From assembly GCF_963676685.1 (NCBI RefSeq), contig NC_092352.1, positions 6,200,001 through 6,264,000 of the forward strand: a stretch of DNA of 64,000 bases. The letters are read 5' to 3'. Source of the stretch: Mytilus edulis. Taxonomy: Eukaryota. A program made the position numbers and the translations under genes. The notes below the pieces were generated by a model. That model saw nothing but the letters and a program-made list of their open reading frames with translations, made no database searches and had not been told where the DNA came from. Positions 1-12,700 of the stretch are shown here, piece after piece (the first letter of the stretch is position 1; each line of letters opens with the position of its first letter).

Positions 1-159
1 AACTTGATGTTGGTGACGTCACATACAATATGAAAACTTGACGTTCGTGACGTTACATACCAAACAATGACGTCATTAAAAAAATGACCTATTTTGAGGA
101 AATTTTTTCTTAAGCAAAAAAAAAAAAAAAAACTATGTAAAAAAAAAAAAAAAAAAAAA

Positions 160-252
160 GGTATGCGATACGGGTTTTACCATGCGATACAGGGTATGCG
201 ATACGGGTTTAGCTATGCGATACGGGGTATGCGATACAGGGTAGGTGATACA
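160..252. repeat. GGTATGCGATAC motif array at the end of an element truncated by the window edge
   Basis: Four to five copies of GGTATGCGATACrGG; TGACGTCA motifs at 14-21 and 68-75. Confidence 0.6.
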
Positions 253-466
253 GACTGGAAAAACAACCTTTATTAGATATACAAAATAGCTGTATTTTAG
301 TAGCTATTTTGTACTAAATATATGATAAATGTTCTTATAAAATCAAATATGATTGATATAAGATGTGTGAAGTTTGTTTCCAGATCCCACATTTTGATAT
401 AATATCTGTAAAATTCATGAATAAATAGCTTTAAACTACAAAAAGCAATATTTAAAAAAAAATTAA

Positions 467-759
467 AACAAGAATGTGTCCTCAGTACACGAATGCCCCA
501 CTCGCACCATCATTTTCCATGTTCAGTGGACCGTGAAATTGGGGTAAAAACTTTAATTTGGCATTAAAATTAGAAAGATCATATCATAGGGAACATGTGT
601 ACTAAGTTTGAAGTCGATTGGACTTCAACTTCATCAAAAACTACCTTGACCAAAAACTTTAACCTGGAGCGGGACAGACGGACGAACGGACGGACGGACG
701 AACGGACGCACAGACCAGAAAACATAATGCCCCTCTACTATCGTAGGTGGGGCATTAAA
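467..759 (-). mobile_element. Short HINE-like element (family 2)
   Basis: AACAAGAATGTGTCC...ATGCCCCA subTIR, GGAC microsatellite, terminal ATGCCCC...GGGGCAT inverted repeat; related copies at 7617-8532 and 20611-20942. Confidence 0.8.
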
Positions 760-2310
760 AAAATTACCACTACAATAATTATGTTGGTACACAAAATTAT
801 TTTTTAATTGATGACTACTTATCATATATATACTTAATGTGACATTTTTAGTGTTCATATACATTAACTTTCTTTTTAGTGGGTAATTACTCATCAATTG
901 AGGTGCTCCTTCATTGGAGAAAGATTCTAAAAACATAACTTTACAGAAAGATTGAAAACTGCAGTTGCTCTCCCCAATCTCAATAGGTATAAACTACAAA
1001 AAGCAACATTTTTTTTTTTTTTTTTTTTTTTTAACCATTTCAATAATTATGTTGATACACATTTTGTTTTTATATAGAAGACTACTAATCATATACTAAA
1101 TGTCACATTTTAAATGTTCAAAAACATTTACTTTGATTTTAGTGTAAAATTACTCATCAATTGAAGTGCTCTTGAATTGGAGGAAGATTCTTAAAACAGA
1201 CCTATACAGAAACAATGAAAACTGCCGTTCTCTCCCTTATCTCATGAATCCCCATTGACATTGTTTACTGCGAAAGTTGACCTACATATTATCTGATTAT
1301 AGCCTCAGATTAAAGCATTGCATGTTGGTGTGTGAATCATCTACACTACAGCAAACATCATTAGGTTTATATTTAACAAATACGGATTTTAAATTAGTAT
1401 ACAAATACTGTGAATGATTTTTATAATGAATAAAGGATATCCCTGTGTAGTGTGGCATTCCAACAATGACGTCACTAGGTTAGATATATATAGAATATTT
1501 CGTAATACTGATTTTTCCGGACTGTAAAAGAAACGTATATAGTGTAAGGGAAAGCTCAATATACGATAATTTCATGAGAAATAGAAGGGAAATGTGTAAA
1601 AAATGTATTTAAAGTCAATCTGTTCTCCTTGTCATCAATTTCAGTATGACATTTTGAGGGGGTTTCCAAACTATCAAAACAAAATGATTGACGTGAGGGA
1701 ATGATACTCTGGCCAACCCATTAGGGAATTGACGGCTTGAAGCCGTCTTTCCCCAAAAATCATACATGCCAAGTGACATGATATTCGCGTGTAATACACG
1801 CTTTTTCAACGGTTAACACGGCGTGTACACAATTTTCACCACTTTACACCCAATTACACGCTTTTTCATTCTTTTAATTTTTTGGTCAGTAGTGATATCG
1901 CTATTCTCAGGTTTTTTCCTTATTCTGCGATAAATACCGAAAAAATTTGAAGTAATTGTTTGGCTGCCATATTGTTTATTTTTCTATATCTGGACAAACA
2001 GTAAAAGGTAAGTAGTTTGTGATTAGTTTTAACAATTTTATGACTTTATTTCAAATTCACTTTAATGGGGAAATGTGCACAGAAAGAGGTCGCTTTCAGG
2101 GTCTGTACCGTCGTCTAAAGGGCCGTTTGTTAAGTTAAAACAACGTGTACATACCAAGATTCAATATTTATAAATTATATTTTGGAGTTCGAGTTTAAAT
2201 GATCGAGTGACAAGTATTAAACGCAAAAATTTGTGCATTCTATGTTACAATGATAAAAAAAACCAATACATGTGAGAGGAGAAATACAATGTAGCTAGCC
2301 TAACGTAACG

Positions 2311-2698
2311 GTACCCAAATTGCACCTATTTAGCAAAAATAGCAGCGGACATCTTACAAAATTTCCAGGAGACTACACAATTTGTATTTCTATGATTTGA
2401 TACTATGCACATCTTTCAACATAGGTGAAAATATTTAGATATGCACAAAACGCTCACAGTATTTATCAATAGATGAAGTGTTTACTGAAAAAGCAAAATG
2501 TACTGAAACGTCGCAATGCGACGTCATCAAAACGACATCTTTTTAAAATGATCAAATACAATAAGTACCCATTTAAAAAAAAAAGAAGAGTAAGCATGGA
2601 CTTATATCCAATTGTTCAAAATATTTGAAGAAATAAAAAAAAGCTCTGTTATTCGACTTTTGACGATGGGAATTTAAGCATAGGTTCAATTTGGGTAC
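2311..2698. mobile_element. MITE with terminal inverted repeats
   Basis: GTACCCAAATTGCACCTA ... TAGGTTCAATTTGGGTAC. Confidence 0.7.
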
Positions 2699-2852
2699 TC
2701 CTCATTTCAGAATCATTGATGGTTTGGAGGTCAGTTTAGACCAATTTTTGTATGATTCCATATGGATTAAAAATCGAATTGGTATACCTATATAATAAAG
2801 AAGGATACGGCTATAAAATAAACACAGAATGGACACTATTGTCTTTATCATA

Positions 2853-5189
2853 AACTAGAGGCTCTAAAGAGCCTGTGTCGCTCACCTTGGTCTATGTGCA
2901 TATTAAACAAAGGAGTCACAAATGGATTCATGACAAAATTGTATTTTGGTGATGGTGATGTGTTTGAAGTTCTTACTTTACTGAACATTCTTGCTTCTTA
3001 CAATTATATCTATAATGAACTTTGCCCATTAGTAGCAGAGAAAAATATTTGGTAAAAATTTACATAAATTTACCAAATTAATGAAAATTGTTAAAAATTG
3101 ACTATAAAGGGCAATAACTCCTTAAGGGGTCAATTGACCATTTAGGTCATGTGGACTTATTTGTAGATCTTACTTTGATGAACTTTATCGCTGTTTACAG
3201 TTTATCGCTATCTATAATAGTATTCAAGATAATAACCAAAAACAGCAAAATTTCTTTAAAAATTACCAATTGGAGGGCAGCAACCCAACAACCGGTTGTC
3301 CAATTCATTTGAATATTTCAGGGCAGATATATATTGACTTGATTAACAATTTAACTCCTTGTCAGATTTCCTCTAAATGATTTGGTTTCAGAGTTATAAG
3401 CAAAAAACTACATTTTACCCCTGTTCTATTTTTAGCCGTGGTGGCCATCTTGGTTGGATGGCCAGGTCATCGGACACATTTTTCAAACAAGGTACCTCAA
3501 AGATAATTGTGGTTAAGTTTGAAATAATTTGGCCTAGTAGTTTCAGAGGAGAAGATTTTTGTAAAAGATAACTAAGATTTACAAAAAATGGTTAAAAATT
3601 GACTATAAAGGGCAATAACTCCTAAAGGGGTCAACTGACCACTTCGGTCATGTTGACTTATTTGTAGATCTTACTTTGATGAACATTATCGCTGTTTACA
3701 ATTTATCGCTATCTATAATAGTATTCAAGATAATAACCAAAAACAGCAAAATTTCTTTAAAAATTACCAATTGGAGGGCAGCAACCCAACAACCGGTTGT
3801 CCAATTCATTTGAATATTTCAGGGCAGATATATATTGACTTGATTAACAATTTAACTCCTTGTCAGATTTCCTCTAAATGATTTGGTTTCAGAGTTATAA
3901 GCAAAAAACTACATTTTACCCCTGTTCTATTTTTAGCCGTGGTGGCCATCTTGGTTGGATGGCCAGGTCATCGGACACATTTTCAAACAAAGTACCTCAA
4001 AGATAATTGTTGTTAAGTTTGAATTAATTTGGCCTAGTAGTTTCAGAGGAGAAGATTTTTGTAAAAGATAACTAAGATTTACGAAAAATGGTTAAAAATT
4101 GACTATAAAGGGCAATAACTCCTAAAGGGGTCAACTGACCATTTCGGTCATGTTGACTTATTTGTAAATCTAACTTTGCTGAACATTATTGCTGTTTACA
4201 GTTTATCTCTATCTATAATAATATTCAAGATAATAACCAAAAACGGCAAAATTTCCTCAAAATTACCAATTCAGGGGCAGCAACCCAACAACAGGTTGAC
4301 CGATTCATCTGAAAATTTCAGGGCAGATAGATCTTGACCTGATAAACATATTTACCCCTTGTCAGATTTCCTCTAAATGCTTTGGTTTTTGAGTTATAAG
4401 CCAAAAACTGCATTTTACCCCTATGTTCTATTTTTAGCCGTGGCGGCCATCTTGGTTGGTTGACCGGGTCACGCCACACATTTTTTAAACTAGATACCCC
4501 AAAGATGATTGTGGCCAAGTTTGGATTAATTTGGCCCAGTAGTTTCAGAGGAGAAGATTTTTGTAAAAGATTACTTAGATTTATGAAAAATGGTTAAAAA
4601 TTGACTATAAAGGGCAATAACTCCTAAAGGGGTCAACTGACCATTTCGGTCATGTTGACTTATTTGTAAATCTAACTTTGCCGAACATTATTGCTGTTTA
4701 AAGTTTATCTCTATCTATAATAATATTCAAGATAATAACCAAAAACAGCAAAATTTCCTCAAAATGACCAATTCAGGGGCAGGAACCCAACAACGGGTTG
4801 ACCGATTCATCTGAAAATTTCAGGGCAGATAGATCTTGACCTGATAAACATATTTACCCCTTGTCAGATTTCCTCTAAATGCTTTGGTTTTTGAGTTATA
4901 AGCCAAAAACTGCATTTTACCCCTATGTTCTATTTTTAGCCGTGGCGGCCATCTTGGTTGGTTGACCGGGTCACGCCACACATTTTTTAAACTAGATACC
5001 CCAATGATGATTGTGGCCAAGTTTGGTTCAATTTGGCCCAGTAGTTTCAGAGGAGAAGATTTTTGTAAAAGTTAACGACGACGGACGACGACGGACGACA
5101 GACGACGGACGACGACGACGACGACGGACGCCGGACGCAAAGTGATGGGAAAAGCTCACTTGGCCCTTCGGGCCAGGTGAGCTAAAAAA
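2853..5189 (-). mobile_element. Non-autonomous Helentron/HINE (DINE-1-like) element with about 4 internal ~501-bp tandem repeats
   Basis: Minus strand begins TTTTAGCTCACCTGGCCCGAAGGGCCAAGTGAGC (subTIR plus IR), then a GTC/GTCC microsatellite 5076-5138. Units marked by ACTATAAAGGGCAATAACTCC at 3101, 3602, 4102, 4604. Ends AGGTGAGC plus stem-loop GGCTCTTTAGAGCC and CTAGTTT. Confidence 0.85.
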
Positions 5190-5608
5190 CCTGAAATCAG
5201 GTCATGTGCACACCCCTGAGGACATGATACCTGCACATTTTTCATTATCAAAGTTGTATGAATTTCATAGATTTTTACCTGGTCTTTCAAAAAATTCACG
5301 CTTCAGGGTACGTTCGCCTGCTCCGAAAAGAGCTACAGGGGCTGCAAACAAGTTATGAATTTTCACTGCCAAAAAAACAGACTGTTTACAGTGTTGTCTC
5401 CCCTCAAAACATGAATATTTAATCTAATTTTTAAATTTATTTCAATCATTTATCCTGTTTTAATTGAAGTTAATTAACATATCTTTACAACTAAATACAA
5501 AAAACATGATACTTTTTCACCAATTATGTTGATAAAAAGGGACTTCCCTCCATGTCTATTTTTAGTTGGGGAATAACCCCTAGTTTTTTATACGAAACTG
5601 TTTATAGC

Positions 5609-6185
5609 ACCCTATGTACTATTTTTAGCCATGGCGGCCATCTTGGTTGGTTGGCAGGGTCACGCCATACATTTTTAGAATTAGATACCCAATTTGGCAA
5701 ATGATGATTGTGGCCAAGTTTGGTTAAATTTGGCCCAGTAGTTTCAGGGAAGATTTTTTTAAAGCATACTAAAATTTTAGAAAAATTATTAAGAATTGAC
5801 TATAAAGGGCAATAACTCCTTAATGGGTCAACTGACAATTTTAGTCATGTTGACTTATTTGTAGATCTTACTTTGCTGAACATTATTGCTTTTTACAGTT
5901 TATCTCTATCTATAATAATATTTAAGATAATAAGCAAAAACTGCAAAATGTCCTTAAAATTACTAATTCAGGGGCAGCAACCCAACAACGGGTTGTCTGA
6001 TTTGTCTGAAATTTTCAGGGCAGATAAATCTTGACCTAATAGATTATTTAACCCCCATGTCAGATTTGCTCTAAATGCTTTGGTTTTAGAGTTGTAAGCC
6101 AAAATCTACATTTTACCCCTATGTTCTATTTTTAGCCATGGCGGCCATCTTGGATGGTTGGCAGGGTCACACCATACATTTTTGG
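5609..6185 (-). mobile_element. Truncated, diverged copy of the ~501-bp HINE repeat unit
   Basis: Matches the unit of 2853-5189 (TTTTAGCCATGGCGGCCATCTTGG, GACTATAAAGGGCAATAACTCC). Confidence 0.8.
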
Positions 6186-6299
6186 AAAGTTTGCTATAGC
6201 TTGCTATAGCTACTTTCCCTAGGCGTCGGCCTCAACTTTCGGTGAGACAGACTATCGCAATGTTCTGCTCCAATATAATGTAGTACTAGTGTTCGAATT

Positions 6300-6481
6300 C
6301 AGGGGCGGATGCAGGAATTTTCGAAAGGGGGGGTGCTAACCCAGGGCAAAAGGGGGGGGGGGGTGCAGGGGGTGCAAAACATATGTCCCGATACAAATGC
6401 ATTGATCGGCAAAAATAAAGGGGGGTGCGCACCCCCGGAACCCCACCCCCGCCCCCCCTCCCCCCCCTGGATCCACCACTG
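6300..6481. mobile_element. GC-rich MITE with 5-bp TSD GAATT
   Basis: TIRs CAGGGGCGGATGCAGG / CCTGGATCCACCACTG; GAATT on both sides. Confidence 0.75.
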
Positions 6482-7444
6482 GAATTCTAATTTTTAACTC
6501 TTTTGGGTTGCTACTCTTTTAAAATATTTGAATGAACATTTCCCGCACTATTTTTTACTATGTACGATATTTACAACTGTTTATTATTGAATAAGTAAAA
6601 GCCCGAGTGTATCGAAAGAGTCCGGTATGGGAGAACATGTTGATATTTGACAAATGCAAGTTATCGGATAATTGACAAGTGATAATGGTTTGATTCATTT
6701 TAACAATACACTGGTGATAGAATATAAAATAATCGATAATTATACATGGCTTCTGTCTCACGCCAAGGACGAGTAAAGGTAAATACCGGCTTTAATAGAA
6801 AAGTGCATTGTGTTTGTTAAACTGACATCGATCTGAAAGTTTTGATGCCAAAAATCATTTGAAAACTTGTAATTCCGTTATTTAAATACAAGCTGTTTCA
6901 CATTCCAATGTGGATATAAGGACCTTCACTCGTTCAGCATGCTCAAGTGGATCAAACCGACAACAGAAAAACATTGTCTTAATGAGAATTAGTATCATTA
7001 TATAGCATCCGTATAATTTAAAAGCAACCGAGTCATCATCTACTTCTTAGAATATTATAGTTCAGTGTATCAAGACCGAAATCAAGCTAAAGACAAGTAC
7101 TGTAGAAATTATTAAAATGATATAATAACATTTGTCCATGTACTAGCAAAATGACTTTCATAGTGCTTAACAATGCAGAACTTTTTATCCTCACACTTTA
7201 TTCCTTGGGCAGTATGATTCTTTAAGATTGACCTATAATTAACAATGTGTCGTCCTAACACAGGGGCAATGATTAATAGTATATCAACTGTTTACAAAAT
7301 TTAGAATTTTTTGAAATTCTAAGGCTTTTCTACCTCGGGCATAGATTACCTTAGCTGTATTTGGCAAAACTTTTAGGAGTTTTGGTCCTCAATGCTCTTC
7401 AACTTCGTACTTTATTTGTCCTTTTTGACTTTTGTGGATTCAGT

Positions 7445-7486
7445 CGTCACTGATGAGTCTTTTGTGGACGAAGCGCGCGTCTGGCG
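7445..7486 (+). ncRNA. Minimal type I hammerhead ribozyme motif (core variant GAAG) within a retrozyme/Penelope-like repeat (about 7283-7545)
   Basis: Stem I CGTCA/TGGCG, core CTGATGA, stem II GTCT/GGAC, GAAG in place of GAAA, palindromic stem III CGCGCG, GTC cleavage triplet at 7479-7481. Confidence 0.75.
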
Positions 7487-7616
7487 TATGTACTAAATTT
7501 GGGACCCTAAATTTGGTCCTGGTATCTATGATGAGTTTATTTGTAGCTTTCTTCGGTTATACATTTATCAGGTGAACATAAAAACGGTCTTTTGATTTAG
7601 AAGTATAGATATATAA

Positions 7617-8532
7617 AACAAGAATGTGTCCATAGTACACGCATGCCCCATCTGCACTATCCTTTTCTATGTTCAGTGGGTTATGAAAATGGAGTAAAAC
7701 TCTAATTTAGCATTACCCGTCATGGGGTAAAAAGGAGAAATCAAAGAATTCAATTTCATATATATCCAATATAGGACAATAGTGTTGATTAAAAATTTCA
7801 CCACTCCAGACCTTTTTGTTTTCCACACAATTAATATTGCCAATAATTAACAAGTTCCGGGTCGAATCCGATACCGATACCAATAGAATATTCACCTGTT
7901 ACCATTACCTTATCTGTACGTTTCTCATCTGACAGGGATTTCGGATTTTGCTCTATACACGGGTCATAATCACAGGGTTGACACTACTAAATTCAAATAT
8001 TGTCAAATTGTTCCCTATTGTAGTATTTAAAGCAGTAAGACTTTCTAAGATTACTATACGAATACAAAAATCTGGACTTAAAATAAGGCGTATAGGTACA
8101 GTTTTCAACTTGTTAACGGGCATGACATAATACAGAATTAATAATATAGGTCAATGCTGTTGATTAAAAAATACCCCATGCGTTCCAGGACCTTTTGTTT
8201 TCCAAATAATTAATATTACCAATAATTGATAAGTTCCAGGTCGACCGGTTCAAACAGAAAGATTTTGAAAGCAGAGAAAACTGTGCATATTATAATCGGC
8301 AAGACTTTAACAGATGACAATCCCAGTACTAAAATAAGGCTTATATACTTAAATTCTTTCAAGGAACCGCGATATCACAGGTGTGTTCTAGTATGTACTA
8401 AGTTTCAAATTGATTGGACTTCAACTTTATCAAAAACTACCTCGACCAAAAACTTTAACCTGAACGGGACAGACAGACGAACGGACGGACACACAGACCA
8501 GAAAACATAATGCCCATAAATGGGGCATAAAA
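7617..8532 (-). mobile_element. HINE family 2 copy interrupted by a Helitron-like fragment (about 7716-8391)
   Basis: Both ends match 467-759. The inserted segment ends CCGCGATATCACAGGTGTGTTCTAG (hairpin plus CTAG). Confidence 0.65.
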
Positions 8533-8676
8533 AGTGATTGGCGAGACAATTGTTTAGTTTGAAAAAATCCGAACTGTGATTAAATACATATTTGAAATAA
8601 TACACGTCTGTAACCTATTTGAAATAATACACATACACAGTTGCAAACTTTCCAGAGGTGCTATCCAGCACTTTTA

Positions 8677-9372
8677 ATTAAACTAGATACCCCAATGATG
8701 ATTATGGTCCAGTTTGGATTCATTTGGCCCAGTAGTTTCAGAGGAGAAGATTTTTGTAAAAGATTACTAAGATTTACGAAAAATGGTTAAAAATTGACTA
8801 TAAAGGGCAATAACTCCTAAAGGGGTCAACTGACCATTTCGGTCATGCTGACTTATTTGTAAATCTGACTTTGCTAAACATTATTGCTGTTTACAGTTTA
8901 TCTTTATCTATAATCATTTCAAGATAATAACCAAAAACAGTAAAATTTCCTTAAAATTATCAATTTAGGGGCAGCAACCCAACAACGGGTTGTCCCATCC
9001 ATCTGAAAATTTCAGGGCAGATAGATGTTGACCTGATTAACAGTTTTACCCCATGTCAGATTTGCTCTAAATGCTTTGGTTTTTGAGTTATAAGCCAAAA
9101 ACTGCATTTTACCCCTATGTTCTATTTTTAGCCATGGCGGCCATCTTGGTTGGTTGGCCGGGTCACCGGACACAATTTTTAAACTAGATACCCCAATGAT
9201 GATTGTGGCCAAGTTTGGTTTAATTTGGCCGAATAGTTTCAGAGGAGAAGATTTTTGTAAAAGTTAACGACGACGGACGACGACGGAAGACGACGGACGA
9301 CGACGGACGCCGGACGCCGAACGCAAAGTGATGGGAAAAGCTCACTTGGCCCTGCGGGCCAGGTGAGCTAAA
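8677..9372 (-). mobile_element. Partial copy of the same HINE family (terminus, microsatellite, about 1 unit)
   Basis: AAAAGCTCACTTGGCCCTGCGGGCCAGGTGAGCTAAAAA at 9336-9374 and GACGGAC microsatellite; unit similar to 4590-5070. Confidence 0.85.
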
Positions 9373-9614
9373 AACTAAAAAAAAAAAAAAACAGATAAAC
9401 AATAGTACACAAAATACAACAAAGAAAAATACTCAACTACTCAACACGAACCCCACCAAAAATTTAATTGATTATATAGGGAATCACTGAAGCAAGACTG
9501 GAGAGGGGCCACTCTTATGCATTTAGTAGGTCCCTCCCTTCCTTATGAAAAATTCTGGATCCACCACTGTATTTCTTTAACTAATATGTTGTGAGTTTTC
9601 GATTGATGAGTTCA

Positions 9615-9690
9615 CAGTAAATAGGACAGTGAAAGATAAACATAAATAAATAAAGGTTATCACATTATCAAGTGTAAAGTTATATAAACA
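9615..9690 (+). promoter_or_regulatory. GATA/forkhead-like motif cluster upstream of lipase gene 1
   Basis: GTAAATA 9617-9623, AGATAA 9634-9639, TTATCA 9657-9662 and 9665-9670, TATATAAA 9681-9688. Short motifs in AT-rich DNA, so weak. Confidence 0.3.
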
Positions 9691-9706
9691 GAGTTTAATA
9701 GACAGA

Positions 9707-12700
9707 ATGGATCTTTTGTTATGGTCATTAATAACAACTTTCATCACGATATCCAATGGATTCTCGCCTCTTTATTCCAAACAGTTACTAAAGGGACACG
9801 ATGTTTCTCCTGAAGTCTTTATGAACTCGGTATGTAAATTTATAGATGAAGTAGGATACAAAAAGACGGATATAGACAGTTTATCCATTCTTATTTATAG
9901 GTAACAACGAACCGTGTACACATGCTAAGCAAAAATAAGTTCACGAAATTGTTTGCTGTGCTAACGAAAATAAAAAATAACCACTATCAATAAGAATAAG
10001 AATATCTTATTTTCCTATTAGGAGCTTATATCACATTGAATACAAATACATGAGACTGTAATAAACCATATCGATTATATCATGTTGTATTTGTACTCTT
10101 GGGTTTCAATTGTCCGTCTTGCTGGTATTACTTGATGCCAAATCATTTGATATAACTAAAATTATGTCATAGGAGTAACTCGACAGGTGTCATGTGTGGC
10201 GCAGGATCCGCAAACCCTTCCAGAACACCCGAGACCACCCTTGTTTTCATTGGGTTTGTGCTTCTCAGTCTTAAGTTTTCTTTGTGGAGTTTATTTACTG
10301 GCATTTTTTAGTTCTTTTTTTTCTGTCGTTTTTTTGTTGTTGTTGCCATGGCGTACGTTGTCAGTTTATCACCGACTTATGAGTTTGAACATCCCTTTGA
10401 TGTATCTTCCGCCTCTATGGGTTAACTCTATTCCAGATACAGCTTATAATATACAATGGGTATAAAGCAGAAACTCACTTCGTACCAACTGAGGATGGGT
10501 TTATCCTGGGATTACATAGAATACCGTACGGACGATACGATAAACCAGGAGGTAATTTATTTATAAGAGAGCAATCATGTTCATAACCAAAGATTTCAGG
10601 TACGGATTCTTCCAAGTTAATCAAAATCGCGTTACGTTTAGGTCAACAAAACTGTAAGTGCAAAATTTCACCTGTAATATCTGAAGATACAATCTTGTCG
10701 ACATCATTCTGGAGATGAAATGTAAAATGAAGCACATGATAGCTTTAACTGCATGTTTGTAATATCCAATCAGGATATATGTGCCTTTCCAGAATACACA
10801 GAGTGCCAGTGTTATTTATTGGACATAGTCATTAAACTTGCTCGCGGCTTGACCAGCTTCAAAATTTTACTTATACAAATATACTTTTATCTCTATATCC
10901 AAAATATCTTTTAGTTAGTACGAAAAATGTCTTTGACTCCGCATTAAAGCACCATTGACTTTGCACGAGTTTGTAAAAAAATATTAACGTAGTTTTTTTT
11001 TTTAAATATCAAAGACTATTGAGAAAACATGTCATACACACAAACATTCTGAAATAAATAAAATCATACATAGTTGGTATAGACTTTTCAAAGACTTACT
11101 AGTATTGAAATATTAAATCTATGGGTATCAATTCATTTCTTTACTAATTTTTAATTTGAAAGGTTCTAGACCAGTTGTACTACTACAGCATGGACTATTG
11201 GCAGATTCATCTTGTTATCTGTTTAATGGTTATAATGGAAGTTTGGGGTTTATTCTAGCAGATGCTGGGTACGATGTTTGGCTTGGTAACTCTCGCGGGA
11301 ATACGTATTCAATGAATCATACGAAATACAACTCAACACAAGAACAGTTCTGGGATTTTAGGTGAGTTGATAACGTATGCTATGTATAGGCACTGCTCTA
11401 TTTTTTTACCTTGCATTTGTTTGAAAAGTTATTATTTATTAAATGATATTTCGGTATAAGCCATCTAATTTATTTATTTCTATTCACTCTAATTGTTTTA
11501 TCAGATCATGATTTACTGTGATATTTTGTAACTTTCCATACATCAAGCTACGATATGATAGCAGGAATGACCTATAGAGACGGTACAAGAGTCAACTGTA
11601 GCGACATGAAGGGACTTAAACAAAAACCGAGAACAAGAACAGATCCAGATACCAACAAAACATGTTTTAAAATTATATTAACCATATTTATAGGACCAGT
11701 ATTATCAAATCATTACATGCAGTATATTACTAACTAACTGTAAATATTAATATTTTATATAGTTGGCAGGATATGGCAGATAAAGACATACCAGCCATGG
11801 TGGATTATATACTCCAAACTACAAACCAAACCAATGTAGTGTTCATAGGTCATTCCCAGGGTACGATTATTGGATTCACTGGATTCAGCAGAAACAAACA
11901 ATTGGCAAAGAAGGTCAAGCTGTTCATTGCACTAGCACCCATTGCAAAATTGGGAGATGTCAGGGGACTCACATCTATACTTGTCAAAGCATTAAAACCT
12001 AACATAGATGTAAGATTTTCTTCCTATTTTTAAAGATTCAAAATTTAATCATACAGATGATTTCAATCAATGAATGTTCCAAAACGTCCTTGGTTTATGA
12101 TAATTGCTGACTGTCTATTAACATTTATGCATTTATTCATACCTCTATAAGAATAGTATTAGTTCGAATCATAAAATATTTTTAAATCAAACTTAAATGT
12201 AAAGGAAAATTTAAAGTCATATTCTTTCCAAATTGATTTCTTATTCTGAATACAAGATTTATTCACAGATCTTCACAGTTTTATATGTCTACACTTTTCT
12301 TTTTTTACAGGAGGTTTTTACTTTATTTGGTAGGAAAGGCTTCTTCTTAAACAATTCTATTAACATGGACATAGCAGATAAGATTTGTGATACTGATGCA
12401 TCAGCATATATTTGCTCAGAATTTACAGATCTAATTTATGGACATGGTCTGCCTAATTATGATTGGGTAATATAAGTTTAATTAGTATGTTTTTTGCATT
12501 TTTTAAGTGTTAAGTTTAGTTTAGTTTAGTTTCAAACCTAATAATTTGAATAGAAAACTCCCCCCTTTTAGAGATTTGCCATGGTTATATCTGCCAGATA
12601 TTCTGACACTCTGTATCGTCATGCAAATGCATGCTGAAATGAATTGACTAAACTACAATAGAATCTAAAAGATAAAATTTATCCTTGTTAGCGGCTTACT

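Noticed and set aside
4318-5020. Repeated 66-aa ORFs (also 9012-9212 and 3377-3571) as a small gene family
   Set aside because: They are incidental translations of the ~501-bp HINE repeat unit.
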